Of a DNA stretch of 64,000 bases, positions 1 to 10,134 are shown piece after piece; the stretch's first letter is position 1, and every line of letters begins with the position of its first letter. A program made the translations under genes and the position numbers. The notes below the pieces were generated by a model. That model had not been told where the DNA came from. It saw only the letters and a list, made by a program, of their open reading frames with translations, and did not search any database. Source of the stretch: a bacterium (GTDB lineage Bacteria; Zhuqueibacterota; Zhuqueibacteria; Residuimicrobiales; Krinioviventaceae); contig CAXXMD010000003.1 of assembly GCA_963675755.2 (NCBI GenBank), forward strand, positions 2,912,001 to 2,976,000, given 5' to 3'.

Positions 1-3
1 CAT

Positions 4-762
4 TTGATTAGAAATGGTGAAAACCTGGGATTCGCAAAAGCAAATAACCAGGGGATTCATGCTGCCAAAGGTGATTTGATAATCTTGATGAACAGTGATA
101 CGGAATTGTTGACTAGAGATTCTATTGGTCAATTAATTTCTTTTTTTAATACAAATGAAAATGCCGGCATTGCGGGTGCTTGTCTTGTCTTCCCGGATGG
201 GAAAATTCAGGCTTGCGGCAGACGTTTTGTTTCGGTTTTAACATTGATCAAGGATCAATTGCTGTTTCAGGATTCACCCTTGTTCAGGAAATCTAATGCA
301 CCAGAGGCAATCCAGGCTGTGGATTATGTTGACGGTGCTTTTCTTGCCATCCGTAAGCAGGTTATAGAGCAGATTGGATTGTTGAATGAACATTATTTCA
401 TGTATGCAGAAGATATGGAATGGTGTGCCGCAGCTCATGATGCAGGTTGGGGAGTATATGTAATCCCGGAGTTAAAAGTATTGCATGTTCATGCTGCAAG
501 TTCAAAGAAATCGTTCAGGAAAATATTGATTTTGAATGCTGTCAATCAATCCAGATATTTGTACAAAAGATATAATATGTTTAATGCTATTTGTGGTTAT
601 ATTGTTTTAATTCTGGGTATGATTCTGAGAATACCCGTAAATTTTGCAAGACGTAACGGTTTAACACCAGCTTATGCTAAAGCCGTTGTGACATGTTTTC
701 GACTGATACCTGTATTTACCAAACTTGTTACCGGAGAACTGGATGAAACGCGTTGCATTTAA
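4..762 (+). CDS. Glycosyltransferase family 2 (RfbF/WbbL-like), 5'-truncated by the window edge
   Basis: NLGFAKANNQG, MNSD (DxD-like), VDGAFL and YFMYAEDMEW motifs of GT2 enzymes. Confidence 0.85.
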   Translation: MIRNGENLGFAKANNQGIHAAKGDLIILMNSDTELLTRDSIGQLISFFNTNENAGIAGACLVFPDGKIQACGRRFVSVLTLIKDQLLFQDSPLFRKSNAPEAIQAVDYVDGAFLAIRKQVIEQIGLLNEHYFMYAEDMEWCAAAHDAGWGVYVIPELKVLHVHAASSKKSFRKILILNAVNQSRYLYKRYNMFNAICGYIVLILGMILRIPVNFARRNGLTPAYAKAVVTCFRLIPVFTKLVTGELDETRCI

Positions 763-1873
763 TGCCCTGGTTATGGGACCCAATATAGGCGGCCTGGGTG
801 TATATATGCAGGAGATTATGGATTCGTTGCTGCAGGAACAGCACAACTTTGAACCGGTTGTGTATCTGCCAGAATCATGGTGTACGAGCCATCCGGAATA
901 TTTAAAACATCCTTTTGTGAAATGTATTTCAATTCGGGCCGATAATCCCATATTACGGATTCTGCTTGATCCTGTTTTTTGGCCCAATCAGTTGAAAAAA
1001 GATGCTATTGATTTATATTTTTCACCCATGTCTTATTTCCCGTTGGGTACTAATGTGCCCGGTATCGTTACCATTCATGATCTGCGCAGTTTTAATTGTC
1101 CCGAGTATTATCCGTTTTTACGATATCATTATCTGCAATGGATCATTCGTAGGTCCGCAAGGAATGCTAAACGGATTATTTCTGTTTCCCAATATACTCG
1201 TGATGACATTTTAAAATATTTAAAAGTAGACAGTTCCAAAGTTCATGTCATTCATGAGGGTATACATGCTGAACCCTGGCAAATAAAGCACACAGATGAA
1301 GAATATAACACTTTGAAGAAAAAGTACGGCTTGGAAAAACATTTTATATTATCTATAGGGCACCTGGAACCCAGAAAGAACTATATCCGTTTAATTGAAG
1401 CGTTTTCAATATTGAAAAAAGAGTTTTCAATTGATCATGATTTGGTTATAGTAGGTCAGGAAAACTGGTTTTTTAAAGAAATTTATGCCAAAGTAGTTGA
1501 ATTAAATTTGAATAATTCCGTACATTTTACTAACTTTGTTGAACAAAAAGATATCGCACCTTTGTATCAATTGGCGGATGTTTTTGTGACTGTTTCAACG
1601 TTTGAGGGATTTGGTTTTACACCACTTGAGAGCATGGCTGCGGGTACTCCTGTGGTGGTTTCTAATTGTTCCTCTTTACCGGAAGTCGTAGGGGATGCTG
1701 CAATATTATGCGATCCATATAATGTTAAGGATATTGCTAATTCGATAAATCATTTGCTGTCAGATGAATCGATCCAAGCTGATTATATAGCAAAGGGTTT
1801 TGAACATATTAGGCGATATCCCTGGAGAAAATGTGTCAATGAAACAATGAAAGTAATCGAGGAAAATGTCTGA
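743..1873 (+). CDS. Glycosyltransferase family 4 (WbaZ/MtfA-like)
   Basis: VTIHDL, LEPRKN and FEGFGFTPLESMAAG GT-B motifs; ATG at 743 preceded by GGAG. Confidence 0.9.
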   Translation: MKRVAFNALVMGPNIGGLGVYMQEIMDSLLQEQHNFEPVVYLPESWCTSHPEYLKHPFVKCISIRADNPILRILLDPVFWPNQLKKDAIDLYFSPMSYFPLGTNVPGIVTIHDLRSFNCPEYYPFLRYHYLQWIIRRSARNAKRIISVSQYTRDDILKYLKVDSSKVHVIHEGIHAEPWQIKHTDEEYNTLKKKYGLEKHFILSIGHLEPRKNYIRLIEAFSILKKEFSIDHDLVIVGQENWFFKEIYAKVVELNLNNSVHFTNFVEQKDIAPLYQLADVFVTVSTFEGFGFTPLESMAAGTPVVVSNCSSLPEVVGDAAILCDPYNVKDIANSINHLLSDESIQADYIAKGFEHIRRYPWRKCVNETMKVIEENV

Positions 1874-3071
1874 ACAGAGTGGGAAAATTAAAGTCATTGT
1901 TGTATTGTCCCGTATAATTATTGGGGGGCCAGCTAATTTTGTCGAGTTGTATGCAACTCACTTACCCAAGGATACTTATAAAGTATTGCTTGTAGGGGGG
2001 TGTGTTGAAGAAGGAGAGCTGAATAAAGCACAATTACTAAAAGAAAAAGGTATAGAAGTTCACCTTATTGATATTATGAAAAGAGAACTGTCTTTTTTTT
2101 ATGATATCAAATCCGTTTATAAATTATATAAATTTATAAAAAAAGAAAAACCTCATATTGTATCCACACATACCGCAAAAGCAGGAGCCGTGGGCAGAAT
2201 TGCTGCCAGATGTGCCAATGTACCGGTTGTTTTACATACATTTCATGGCCATACATTTGAAAATTATTTTTCTCCTGCAAAAACAGAGTTTTACAAGATA
2301 GTTGAACGGGTGTTGGGATTTATTTCAACAAAGATCATTTCTATCAGTCCGCTTCAGCGTTATGATTTGGTCAAAAAATTTAAAATTGCATCAATGGACA
2401 AGGTAGTTACCATTCCGATTGCAATTGATTCCAGTCGCTTTTTGAACCTTGAAAAAAATAACGAGTTTAGAGACACTTTAAAGATCCCCAGTGATGCTTT
2501 TGTAATTGGTATAGTGGCCAGAATTGTACCCATAAAAAATCATAAAATGATTATTGATGTGTTAAAAGAGCTGCATAGCAGGGGTGTAAAAGCGCATTTA
2601 CTTGTTGTTGGAGATGGTGAACTGGAATATAAAACTATAATTGAAGACTATATTGATGAAAAGAATTTGAAACCATTTGTACATTTTACAGGGTGGGTGT
2701 TGAATGTAGAAAAAGTATACTCTGCCCTGGATGTACTGGCATTAACTTCGTTAAATGAAGGAACACCTGTCAGCATAATTGAAGCAATGGCTGCATCCGT
2801 CCCCGTTGTTGCTACTGATGTTGGGGGTGTAAATGACTTGCTGCTCGATAATAAAAATGGATTACTCTGCAAGAGTAATGATCCCCTGGATATGGTTGAA
2901 AAAATGCTGCAAGTTAAGGAAGATATTGGATTTAGGAATGAAATTTGCAAAAATGGCAGAGAATTTGTTAAAGAACACTATAATCACATCACTGTTATCA
3001 AGCGTGTGGACCAATTTCAACGTGAATTATTGCAAAAGTTTTATGAAAAAAATCCAAAATATAAATGTTAA
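1866..3071 (+). CDS. Glycosyltransferase family 4
   Basis: HTAKAG, HTFHG, PIKNH and NEGTPVSIIEAMAA motifs. Confidence 0.9.
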   Translation: MSEQSGKIKVIVVLSRIIIGGPANFVELYATHLPKDTYKVLLVGGCVEEGELNKAQLLKEKGIEVHLIDIMKRELSFFYDIKSVYKLYKFIKKEKPHIVSTHTAKAGAVGRIAARCANVPVVLHTFHGHTFENYFSPAKTEFYKIVERVLGFISTKIISISPLQRYDLVKKFKIASMDKVVTIPIAIDSSRFLNLEKNNEFRDTLKIPSDAFVIGIVARIVPIKNHKMIIDVLKELHSRGVKAHLLVVGDGELEYKTIIEDYIDEKNLKPFVHFTGWVLNVEKVYSALDVLALTSLNEGTPVSIIEAMAASVPVVATDVGGVNDLLLDNKNGLLCKSNDPLDMVEKMLQVKEDIGFRNEICKNGREFVKEHYNHITVIKRVDQFQRELLQKFYEKNPKYKC

Positions 3072-6000
3072 TTACAAGAAATATGAATTCAATTTATTTG
3101 TATTTTTATTTATTACCATTTTCTGGTATCCTGCCTCTATAGCGTTTGGAAACAGTACTGTTTCGGTACTTGAACAAACACCGCAATATACCATATTAGA
3201 GTGGACCGTTCCGCAAATTGAATTTAATACCCTGCAAACGGATAATGGTGAATATATTGTACCGATATGCGATGATCTGGCAGAAGCCAGAACTCCCGGA
3301 TTTCCCATTTTACCTGTAAATAACCTCCTGTTGGAAAATGTGGATAGTCGTCGAATAACCGTTCTGGATACGGTTTATTCAAATCAATCCACTCATACGA
3401 TTTGCCCTGCACCAAAATATCTATATTCTGATTATAATTCTCAACCTGATATTTCTTATAAAACAGGAAATGTTTATCAAAAAGCTGCTTTTTATCCCGC
3501 ATCTTTTATATCGACATCTCATGCCTGGCAGCGGGATAATTTATTGACCCGGTTCGCCATAAATCCGGTTTTATATAATCCTGTTCAAAACCAGATGCGT
3601 GTATTGAGATATATCAAGATCAGGATTAATGCCGCAGTTGAATTAGATTTGAAAAATCATACAATCCGGTCTAAATCGGGTAATGCCAAACTTGCCAGAG
3701 CAAATTCCGTGCAGACTATTGCCATTGATTCCTGGTGGGAACCCTATAATCGTGATGAATTGATTAAGATCGAAACGCCAACCGCTGGTATGTATAAAAT
3801 TACGGGTGAGGATCTGCGTGACCAGGGTGTTCAGTTGTCAATGATCGATCCAGGCACTATTAAGATTTTAAATAATGGGATTGAACAGCCTTGCCAGGTT
3901 TTAGATGGGGGAGACGGGGAATTTAATGAAAATGATTTGCTGTTTTTTTATGCTGACCGATTGAGCGGTGATAATGATTATTTTCATTCCTGGGCTGTTA
4001 ACAACGTGTATTGGCTGGTTTGGGGTGGTGATGCCGGATTACGATATTCAACAATTTCCAATGAAAATGATTCCGGTTTATCACACAATTACTTTATATC
4101 TACTATTCATATTGAAAAAGATATTGAATACTATCATGGCGATACCAATGAAGCCATACAGGAAACCGACATAACCGACGGTGAAGGGTGGGTTTGGACC
4201 CGGGCATTATATCATAATTCCAGACAAACAATCGAGTTTGATTTACCGGGACTGTTCTCTGGTACAACCTTGGATGATTCTTTGAGAATACGATTGAGAT
4301 TCAGAGGAATGACCATTGATTCAGCAGAAAATGATCATCATCTTTTATTATCGGTGAACGATAATCGTATTGGGGAAGGCTATTTTAATAACCGCCAAGA
4401 GTGGTTACCATATTTTTCAGTTCCTGTATCAAACCTGCTGGAATCTGGTAATCAATTATTAATAGAATCTGTTGCAACCAATGCCGAAATCTCACAGGTA
4501 TATTTTGACTGGCTTGAGGTTGATTATCCCCGCGCCTTGCAGGTTGAAAATGGTCAGCTCTTGATCGATTCGTTAGATACGGTTGAACATGCTCTGCAGA
4601 TCAGTGGTTTACAATCTGATTCTGTTTTTGTTTTTAATCTACGGGAACAAAAAGAGCTGGTGAATAAAAGTGTAACAACGGGCAAGTTGTTAAATATTAA
4701 AGTGCAATCCGCTGCTATTGGTGATGGAAATTACAGCCGTTTCTTGATTGAAAATGAATTGATATATGAAGGTACCCGTGGAATTGGTATGGTGGTAATC
4801 AATCAGCATACCGGTAATGTAGAGATGAAAAGGACTTTTGATACGTGGGGCTCTACAGCGGATGCAGATAGCCTGGTTGCAGTTGTAAACAGAATTGCTG
4901 ATGGCCGTATTGTATTATGCGCAATTAAAGATGAGGGTTCTAACCACCTAAGCGAAGAACAGTTTAATGCTTTGGAAACACTTGGTAGCAGCCAGATCCA
5001 AAACTTGACAGAACGAGCATCGTGGGCTTTAATCGGAAGAAAGGGAGCCGAGCCGGGTACGGCAATAGAAGTATTATCCGCTTCGGGTGAAGGACCGGCG
5101 CACATTGATGACTATATCAATTTTACAGAAGGTGATGGGTTTGTTTGTCGTTTTAATGTGCCTGAAAAACAAACGGGACCTTTTGTTGTATTTGATATTA
5201 TGGGATTAAAGCAACCCCTTTTAGAAAAAATACAACTGGGTGAATTGTCTTCTGTGCAGAATGGTGCGGATTATATTATTGTTACCCACCCTGATTTTAT
5301 GGCTAGTGCCAATCAATTGGCGGCTCATCGTCAGACGCAAAATGGATTCAGAACCTATGTTGCTAATGTTAATGAGATATATAATGAATTCAATTACGGG
5401 ATAAAGGATCCGGTAGCTGTTAAACGGTTTCTGGAACATGCATATAACAACTGGCAAAAGCCAGCACCGGAATATGTAGTCATGTTGGGCGACGCAAGCT
5501 GGGACCCACTAAAGAATTCCGGAGATGACAGTAAAGAGGATTTTGTTCCTGTTTATGGAAATCCGGTTAGCGATGTTTGGTATGCCTGTATGGATGGCGA
5601 GGATGACATTGTTCCGGATATGAATATCGGTCGGATTCCGGTTGAATCAGAAGATCAAGCTCAAAATTATCTGGATAAAATAATGGAATACGAATCCACT
5701 GCACCCGCATCATGGAAAAAGAATTTTTTGTTTATCAGTGGTGGATTTGATCAGTATGAACAACTGGTATTTGGTCAACAATCTCAGACTTTGATTGATG
5801 ATTTTGTTTCAGTGCCTCCTGTGGGTGGTAATGCTATACTTATTGGTAAAGAAACTACAGGTCTTGCAGAAGGTGAACACCGTGATGATCTGTTGAACAC
5901 ATTTGACGATGGTATTGTCTGGGCTAACTTTATCGGCCATGCAGGCAGCAGCACATGGGACCTAATGTTCCACAATCCGGATATTGATTTGCTGAATAAT

Positions 6001-8805
6001 GGACCAAAATATCCTTTTATCACAAGCATGACCTGTCATACCGGGCGTTTTGCTGAACCGAATCAGGATAGTTTTGGAGAATATTTTCTACGGGTTGTAG
6101 ACAAGGGAGCAGTTGCATTTTGGGGGACTGCAGGTTGGGGTTATACGTATGAAGATTATATGTTTTTGCGTCAATTGTATCCTATTATGCTGCAGAATTC
6201 TGTGCAGGAAATTGGCAAAGGCCTGAGCCAGGCAAGTGCCGGAATTTGGAGTACACTGGGCGAAGGGCTGCATGTTAGAAATATTATATTACAATATGTC
6301 TTGTTGGGTGATCCCGCACTGGATCTTGCACTGCCTGATAAACCTGATCTGGCAATTGGTGCTTCTGATATCCGTGTTTATCCCACCATACCCAGCGAAG
6401 CAGATTCGCTGGCAGAAATTCATGTGGCGGTGAACAATTTCGGACTTTTACCGGAAGACAGTGTGACTGTATTGGTTACAGCAGAACTGCAAAACGGAAA
6501 TAATCATAGAGTAGAGTATGTAAAAAAACTGGCACCCGTTTATCTTTCTGATTCTGTAAAAGTAGATTGGGAATTAAAAGATATGACCGGGTTAGTCAAT
6601 GTTACTGCATCTGTTGATCCCAATCAAATGATAGATGAAGATGACGAAACAAACAATACAGCGTCTCAACAGGTAACGGTTGTTTCGAATGTAATACGCC
6701 TTTTATATCCACATGATCAGGCGATATGTTCCGGTGATGATATGGTCCTCAGTATTCGCAATCCCCAGGCAACAACCCTGGAGGATTATATGTTCGAGTT
6801 CCAACTAGATACATCCAGCACGTTTAATAGCGGATATCTCAAAACCTATACAGCTTCACCCGGTCTTTTAACAACTGAGTGGGCTGTGGGTGATCTGGCT
6901 TCCGGAATTTATTACTGGCGATGCCGCAATACGAATGAAACCGCAGGTCCGGTTTGGATTGAAGGCAGCTTTTTAGCTACGAATTCTAATGATTTTGGCT
7001 GGGGACAATCTCAAGCTAAACAATTCTCGGAAAACAATCTTGAAAATACACAAATACACGACGGTAGTATAGTACTTTATCGTGATGTTCTTACTCTGAA
7101 TGTTGAATCGGCTGGTATTGTAGATGGGAATTATGCCAGGTTGCTGGTGAATTCAAATTCGGTTTTGGAAACGTCACGCGGAATCAATCTGGTCGCCCTG
7201 AGTCCTCAAGATGGCAGTGTTTTGTTTCAAAAATGCTTTGATACTTATGCAGATGGTAATACTCCAGATTCAATGGCATTGGTAATTAGCGAGTTTGCTG
7301 ACAGTACCTGGGTATTGGCCGCAATCAAAGATGAGGGCAGCAATCAGTTGAATGAGACGGCTTATACTGCCCTGGAATCTATAGGAAGTCAGTATTGCCG
7401 GGATTTACAGTACAGAGATTCATGGGCCATTATTGGTAAAAAAGGAGCTCCTGTTGGTTCCGTTTCTGAAGAGATAAAAAAATCCGGTGAAGGATTTGTT
7501 TCATTGTTGGAGAATATTGAAATTTATAAATTGAATGGAACGGTGTCAACTCCACTTGTAGGCCCCAGTACAAATTGGCGAAAATGCAATGTAAAGACAA
7601 ATCTGCCAGAGCAAACGTCCATATTATTTAATGTGCTTGGAATACGGAGTAATGGTATACAGGATACTTTGATCAGTCAAACCAATGCCAAAGAAATTGA
7701 TCTTGCTGGTATCGATGGAAAGATTTATCCTTTTCTCAAAATATCGGGTACATTAATAACAACTGATTTTCATTTTACTCCGTCAATTCATCAATGGGCT
7801 GTAAATTTTCAGCCATCACCTGATTTTGCAGTGTCACAAGAGATATTCAGTGTTGATAATGATACAATCCTGGTTGGGAGTGATGTGGAAATACGGGCAC
7901 AGATTTATAATCTCGGTAAAGGAGCCATAGTCGGAGATACGCTGAATCTTGGGTTTTTCCATATCGATACCGATGGGAACGAAAGCTTAATTGCCATAAA
8001 GCGTTATGCTCAATCCATATTACCTGACAGTATGATATCAGTTTCTCATATATGGAATTCCGAGGGACTGGCAGGAATCCACAAACTCAAGATGTACATT
8101 GATCCGGAAAATCATTTTGTTGAACTGGATAAAGCCAATAATATTGTCACCACATCTGTTTATGTATTGGCAGATACCATTAAACCAGAAATTGCAGTAA
8201 CCATTGATGGCAGAGAGATCATGTATGGAGATTGGGTTGCGTCCCAACCCACTATATTGGTCGATATTACAGACAATCGGCAGAACACATCTGGCATTGT
8301 TGATACCAGTATGGTTACTCTATTTCTGGATGATCAGCGTGTGAGTTATAACAGTGGTCAATTGCAAATGTTGGAATCTGATGAAGTTAATACAGCCATC
8401 AAGCTTGAATATAAACCGGTACTGGCAGATGGAGAGCACTATCTAACAGTGATGACTTCTGATCCCAGTAATAATTCAAGCATCTATCAAACCAGTTTTA
8501 ATGTGATTAATGAACTGGCAATACGTAAAATCGTCAACTATCCAAATCCTTTTGAAACCGATACACATTTTACTTTTGAATTATCACAGCCTGCTAATGT
8601 GCGTGTCAAGATCTATACGGTTGCAGGCAGATTGATTAACGATTTGGATTATGGCTGGCAGGGTGCCGGTTACAATATGCTGCCCTGGGATGGAACGGAT
8701 GCTGATGGAGATGTTCCTGCAAATGGTGTATATATTTACAAGATTGTTGCCTCAGAAGGTGACGAAAATGCCGAAGCAATCAGTAAATGTATACTCATGA
8801 AATGA
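3043..8805 (+). CDS. Large secreted C25 (gingipain/PorU-like) cysteine peptidase with propeptide, two ILEI-like domains, CARDB domains and a FlgD/T9SS-type C-terminal domain
   Basis: Hydrophobic signal segment after ATG 3043; ADYIIVTH, YVVMLGDAS, IGRIPV, catalytic-like FIGHAG and MTCHTG, YVLLGDP; CARDB-like VDPNQMIDEDDETNN; C-terminal NYPNPF...WDGTD...NGVYIY. Confidence 0.85.
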   Translation: MKKIQNINVNYKKYEFNLFVFLFITIFWYPASIAFGNSTVSVLEQTPQYTILEWTVPQIEFNTLQTDNGEYIVPICDDLAEARTPGFPILPVNNLLLENVDSRRITVLDTVYSNQSTHTICPAPKYLYSDYNSQPDISYKTGNVYQKAAFYPASFISTSHAWQRDNLLTRFAINPVLYNPVQNQMRVLRYIKIRINAAVELDLKNHTIRSKSGNAKLARANSVQTIAIDSWWEPYNRDELIKIETPTAGMYKITGEDLRDQGVQLSMIDPGTIKILNNGIEQPCQVLDGGDGEFNENDLLFFYADRLSGDNDYFHSWAVNNVYWLVWGGDAGLRYSTISNENDSGLSHNYFISTIHIEKDIEYYHGDTNEAIQETDITDGEGWVWTRALYHNSRQTIEFDLPGLFSGTTLDDSLRIRLRFRGMTIDSAENDHHLLLSVNDNRIGEGYFNNRQEWLPYFSVPVSNLLESGNQLLIESVATNAEISQVYFDWLEVDYPRALQVENGQLLIDSLDTVEHALQISGLQSDSVFVFNLREQKELVNKSVTTGKLLNIKVQSAAIGDGNYSRFLIENELIYEGTRGIGMVVINQHTGNVEMKRTFDTWGSTADADSLVAVVNRIADGRIVLCAIKDEGSNHLSEEQFNALETLGSSQIQNLTERASWALIGRKGAEPGTAIEVLSASGEGPAHIDDYINFTEGDGFVCRFNVPEKQTGPFVVFDIMGLKQPLLEKIQLGELSSVQNGADYIIVTHPDFMASANQLAAHRQTQNGFRTYVANVNEIYNEFNYGIKDPVAVKRFLEHAYNNWQKPAPEYVVMLGDASWDPLKNSGDDSKEDFVPVYGNPVSDVWYACMDGEDDIVPDMNIGRIPVESEDQAQNYLDKIMEYESTAPASWKKNFLFISGGFDQYEQLVFGQQSQTLIDDFVSVPPVGGNAILIGKETTGLAEGEHRDDLLNTFDDGIVWANFIGHAGSSTWDLMFHNPDIDLLNNGPKYPFITSMTCHTGRFAEPNQDSFGEYFLRVVDKGAVAFWGTAGWGYTYEDYMFLRQLYPIMLQNSVQEIGKGLSQASAGIWSTLGEGLHVRNIILQYVLLGDPALDLALPDKPDLAIGASDIRVYPTIPSEADSLAEIHVAVNNFGLLPEDSVTVLVTAELQNGNNHRVEYVKKLAPVYLSDSVKVDWELKDMTGLVNVTASVDPNQMIDEDDETNNTASQQVTVVSNVIRLLYPHDQAICSGDDMVLSIRNPQATTLEDYMFEFQLDTSSTFNSGYLKTYTASPGLLTTEWAVGDLASGIYYWRCRNTNETAGPVWIEGSFLATNSNDFGWGQSQAKQFSENNLENTQIHDGSIVLYRDVLTLNVESAGIVDGNYARLLVNSNSVLETSRGINLVALSPQDGSVLFQKCFDTYADGNTPDSMALVISEFADSTWVLAAIKDEGSNQLNETAYTALESIGSQYCRDLQYRDSWAIIGKKGAPVGSVSEEIKKSGEGFVSLLENIEIYKLNGTVSTPLVGPSTNWRKCNVKTNLPEQTSILFNVLGIRSNGIQDTLISQTNAKEIDLAGIDGKIYPFLKISGTLITTDFHFTPSIHQWAVNFQPSPDFAVSQEIFSVDNDTILVGSDVEIRAQIYNLGKGAIVGDTLNLGFFHIDTDGNESLIAIKRYAQSILPDSMISVSHIWNSEGLAGIHKLKMYIDPENHFVELDKANNIVTTSVYVLADTIKPEIAVTIDGREIMYGDWVASQPTILVDITDNRQNTSGIVDTSMVTLFLDDQRVSYNSGQLQMLESDEVNTAIKLEYKPVLADGEHYLTVMTSDPSNNSSIYQTSFNVINELAIRKIVNYPNPFETDTHFTFELSQPANVRVKIYTVAGRLINDLDYGWQGAGYNMLPWDGTDADGDVPANGVYIYKIVASEGDENAEAISKCILMK
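4690..5120 (+). repeat. ILEI-like domain copy 1 (internal protein-level repeat in the C25 gene)
   Basis: RGIGMVVI..FDTW..AIKDEGS..SWALIGRKG; matches copy 2 at about 7090-7500. Confidence 0.75.
7090..7500 (+). repeat. ILEI-like domain copy 2
   Basis: RGINLVAL..FDTY..AIKDEGS..SWAIIGKKG. Confidence 0.75.
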
Positions 8806-8907
8806 TTTTTTTGTTTTCACGTCTTTTTGTTCTATAAGATAATATTGATTTTGAGATTAGCCTAAAAATCTGTAAATTCTTGTTTTATGTGCAGAGATTA
8901 AAATAAT

Positions 8908-10134
8908 ATGTCATTAATTGGTGTTTTTTCAAAAAGTTTTATTGCCGAGGGTATAGTTGTTTTTGTTGGATTCATTAACAGTATAATTATTACCCGTGCA
9001 CTGGGTGTAGAAGGAAGAGGTCAATACTCTTTGGCAATGACGATCATTACTATTTCCGCTCTGGTATTGGGTGATGGGCTTTCCCGTAATAATACCTATC
9101 TTACCAGCAAAGATAAAAAGCTGGTTTCACCACTTTTTGGCAATTTGTTATTATACGGTTTTTTTCTGGCTATACTAATGGCAGCAGCAGGTGTTTGGGG
9201 ACTCCCGGTATTTCATATTGCAGTGCCGGGTTTGTCAAACAAGCTGATTTGGTTATCCGTTGCTGTTGTTCCGTTCTATATTACAATCCGCAGTATGAAT
9301 TCAATATTTTTAGGCTTGCAGGATTATAATCGTTACAATTTTTTTCTGGCATTACCGTTTATATTCTATCTGCTGATTAATATCTGTATATATTTGTTTG
9401 CTACTGTAACACCTGAACTGGTTTTAACCGGATATAACTTTTCAATGATTTTGGTCTTTATCCTGATTCTTTATCTTTTTATTACAAAACATAAAGCTTC
9501 AAAGCCAGATACCTCTTTATTAAAAAAGAGTTTAAATTATTCAACCAAAGCAGCTGTTTCTCATATCTCTTTGTTTTTGCTATTCCGGGTTGATATTATT
9601 TTGATTAATTTATTGATTGGAGTCAAAGGAGCAGGATTGTACTCTATTTCTGTCATGATTGCAGAACTGATGCAAAAGCTTGCCAATACGTCGGGAAATG
9701 TGATTTTCCCCAAGTTAACCGGTGAAAATACAAAGCAAAAACAACAGTTGACAATCCGAGTGTTTGCGTTTGTTATGATAGTTAGTGTTATTGTGGCTGT
9801 TTTTATTTTGCTTTGGGGAAACGAGTTTATTGTTTTGTTGTTTAAAAAAGATTTTTCAGATTCCGCTTTGCCTCTATACTGGCTGCTGCCTGGTGCAGTT
9901 ATTATGACCGGCGCCAAAGTTATAAAATTTTCGCTATGGGCCCAGGGTTTTCCCTGGATCACTATTACCGCTCCGGTTTCTGCTTTGATTTTAAACATTA
10001 CTTTGAATCTGATACTCATTCCTCGTATGGGTATTGTTGGGGCTGCAATTGCAACCAGTTGTTCCTTTATTGTTTATAGCATTATGATTGTGGGGTATTA
10101 TTTTACCCGAATTTACCGGAAAGCTCTAGTATGA
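8908..10134 (+). CDS. wzx: Polysaccharide flippase (Wzx/MOP family)
   Basis: About 12 hydrophobic segments; ITRALGVEGRGQY and LILIPRMGIVGAAIAT signatures. Confidence 0.85.
   Translation: MSLIGVFSKSFIAEGIVVFVGFINSIIITRALGVEGRGQYSLAMTIITISALVLGDGLSRNNTYLTSKDKKLVSPLFGNLLLYGFFLAILMAAAGVWGLPVFHIAVPGLSNKLIWLSVAVVPFYITIRSMNSIFLGLQDYNRYNFFLALPFIFYLLINICIYLFATVTPELVLTGYNFSMILVFILILYLFITKHKASKPDTSLLKKSLNYSTKAAVSHISLFLLFRVDIILINLLIGVKGAGLYSISVMIAELMQKLANTSGNVIFPKLTGENTKQKQQLTIRVFAFVMIVSVIVAVFILLWGNEFIVLLFKKDFSDSALPLYWLLPGAVIMTGAKVIKFSLWAQGFPWITITAPVSALILNITLNLILIPRMGIVGAAIATSCSFIVYSIMIVGYYFTRIYRKALV

Noticed and set aside
2833-3042. 70-aa N-terminal extension of the C25 ORF given in the ORF track
   Set aside because: It lies entirely within the upstream GT4 gene. 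The signal-peptide-like segment begins after ATG 3043.
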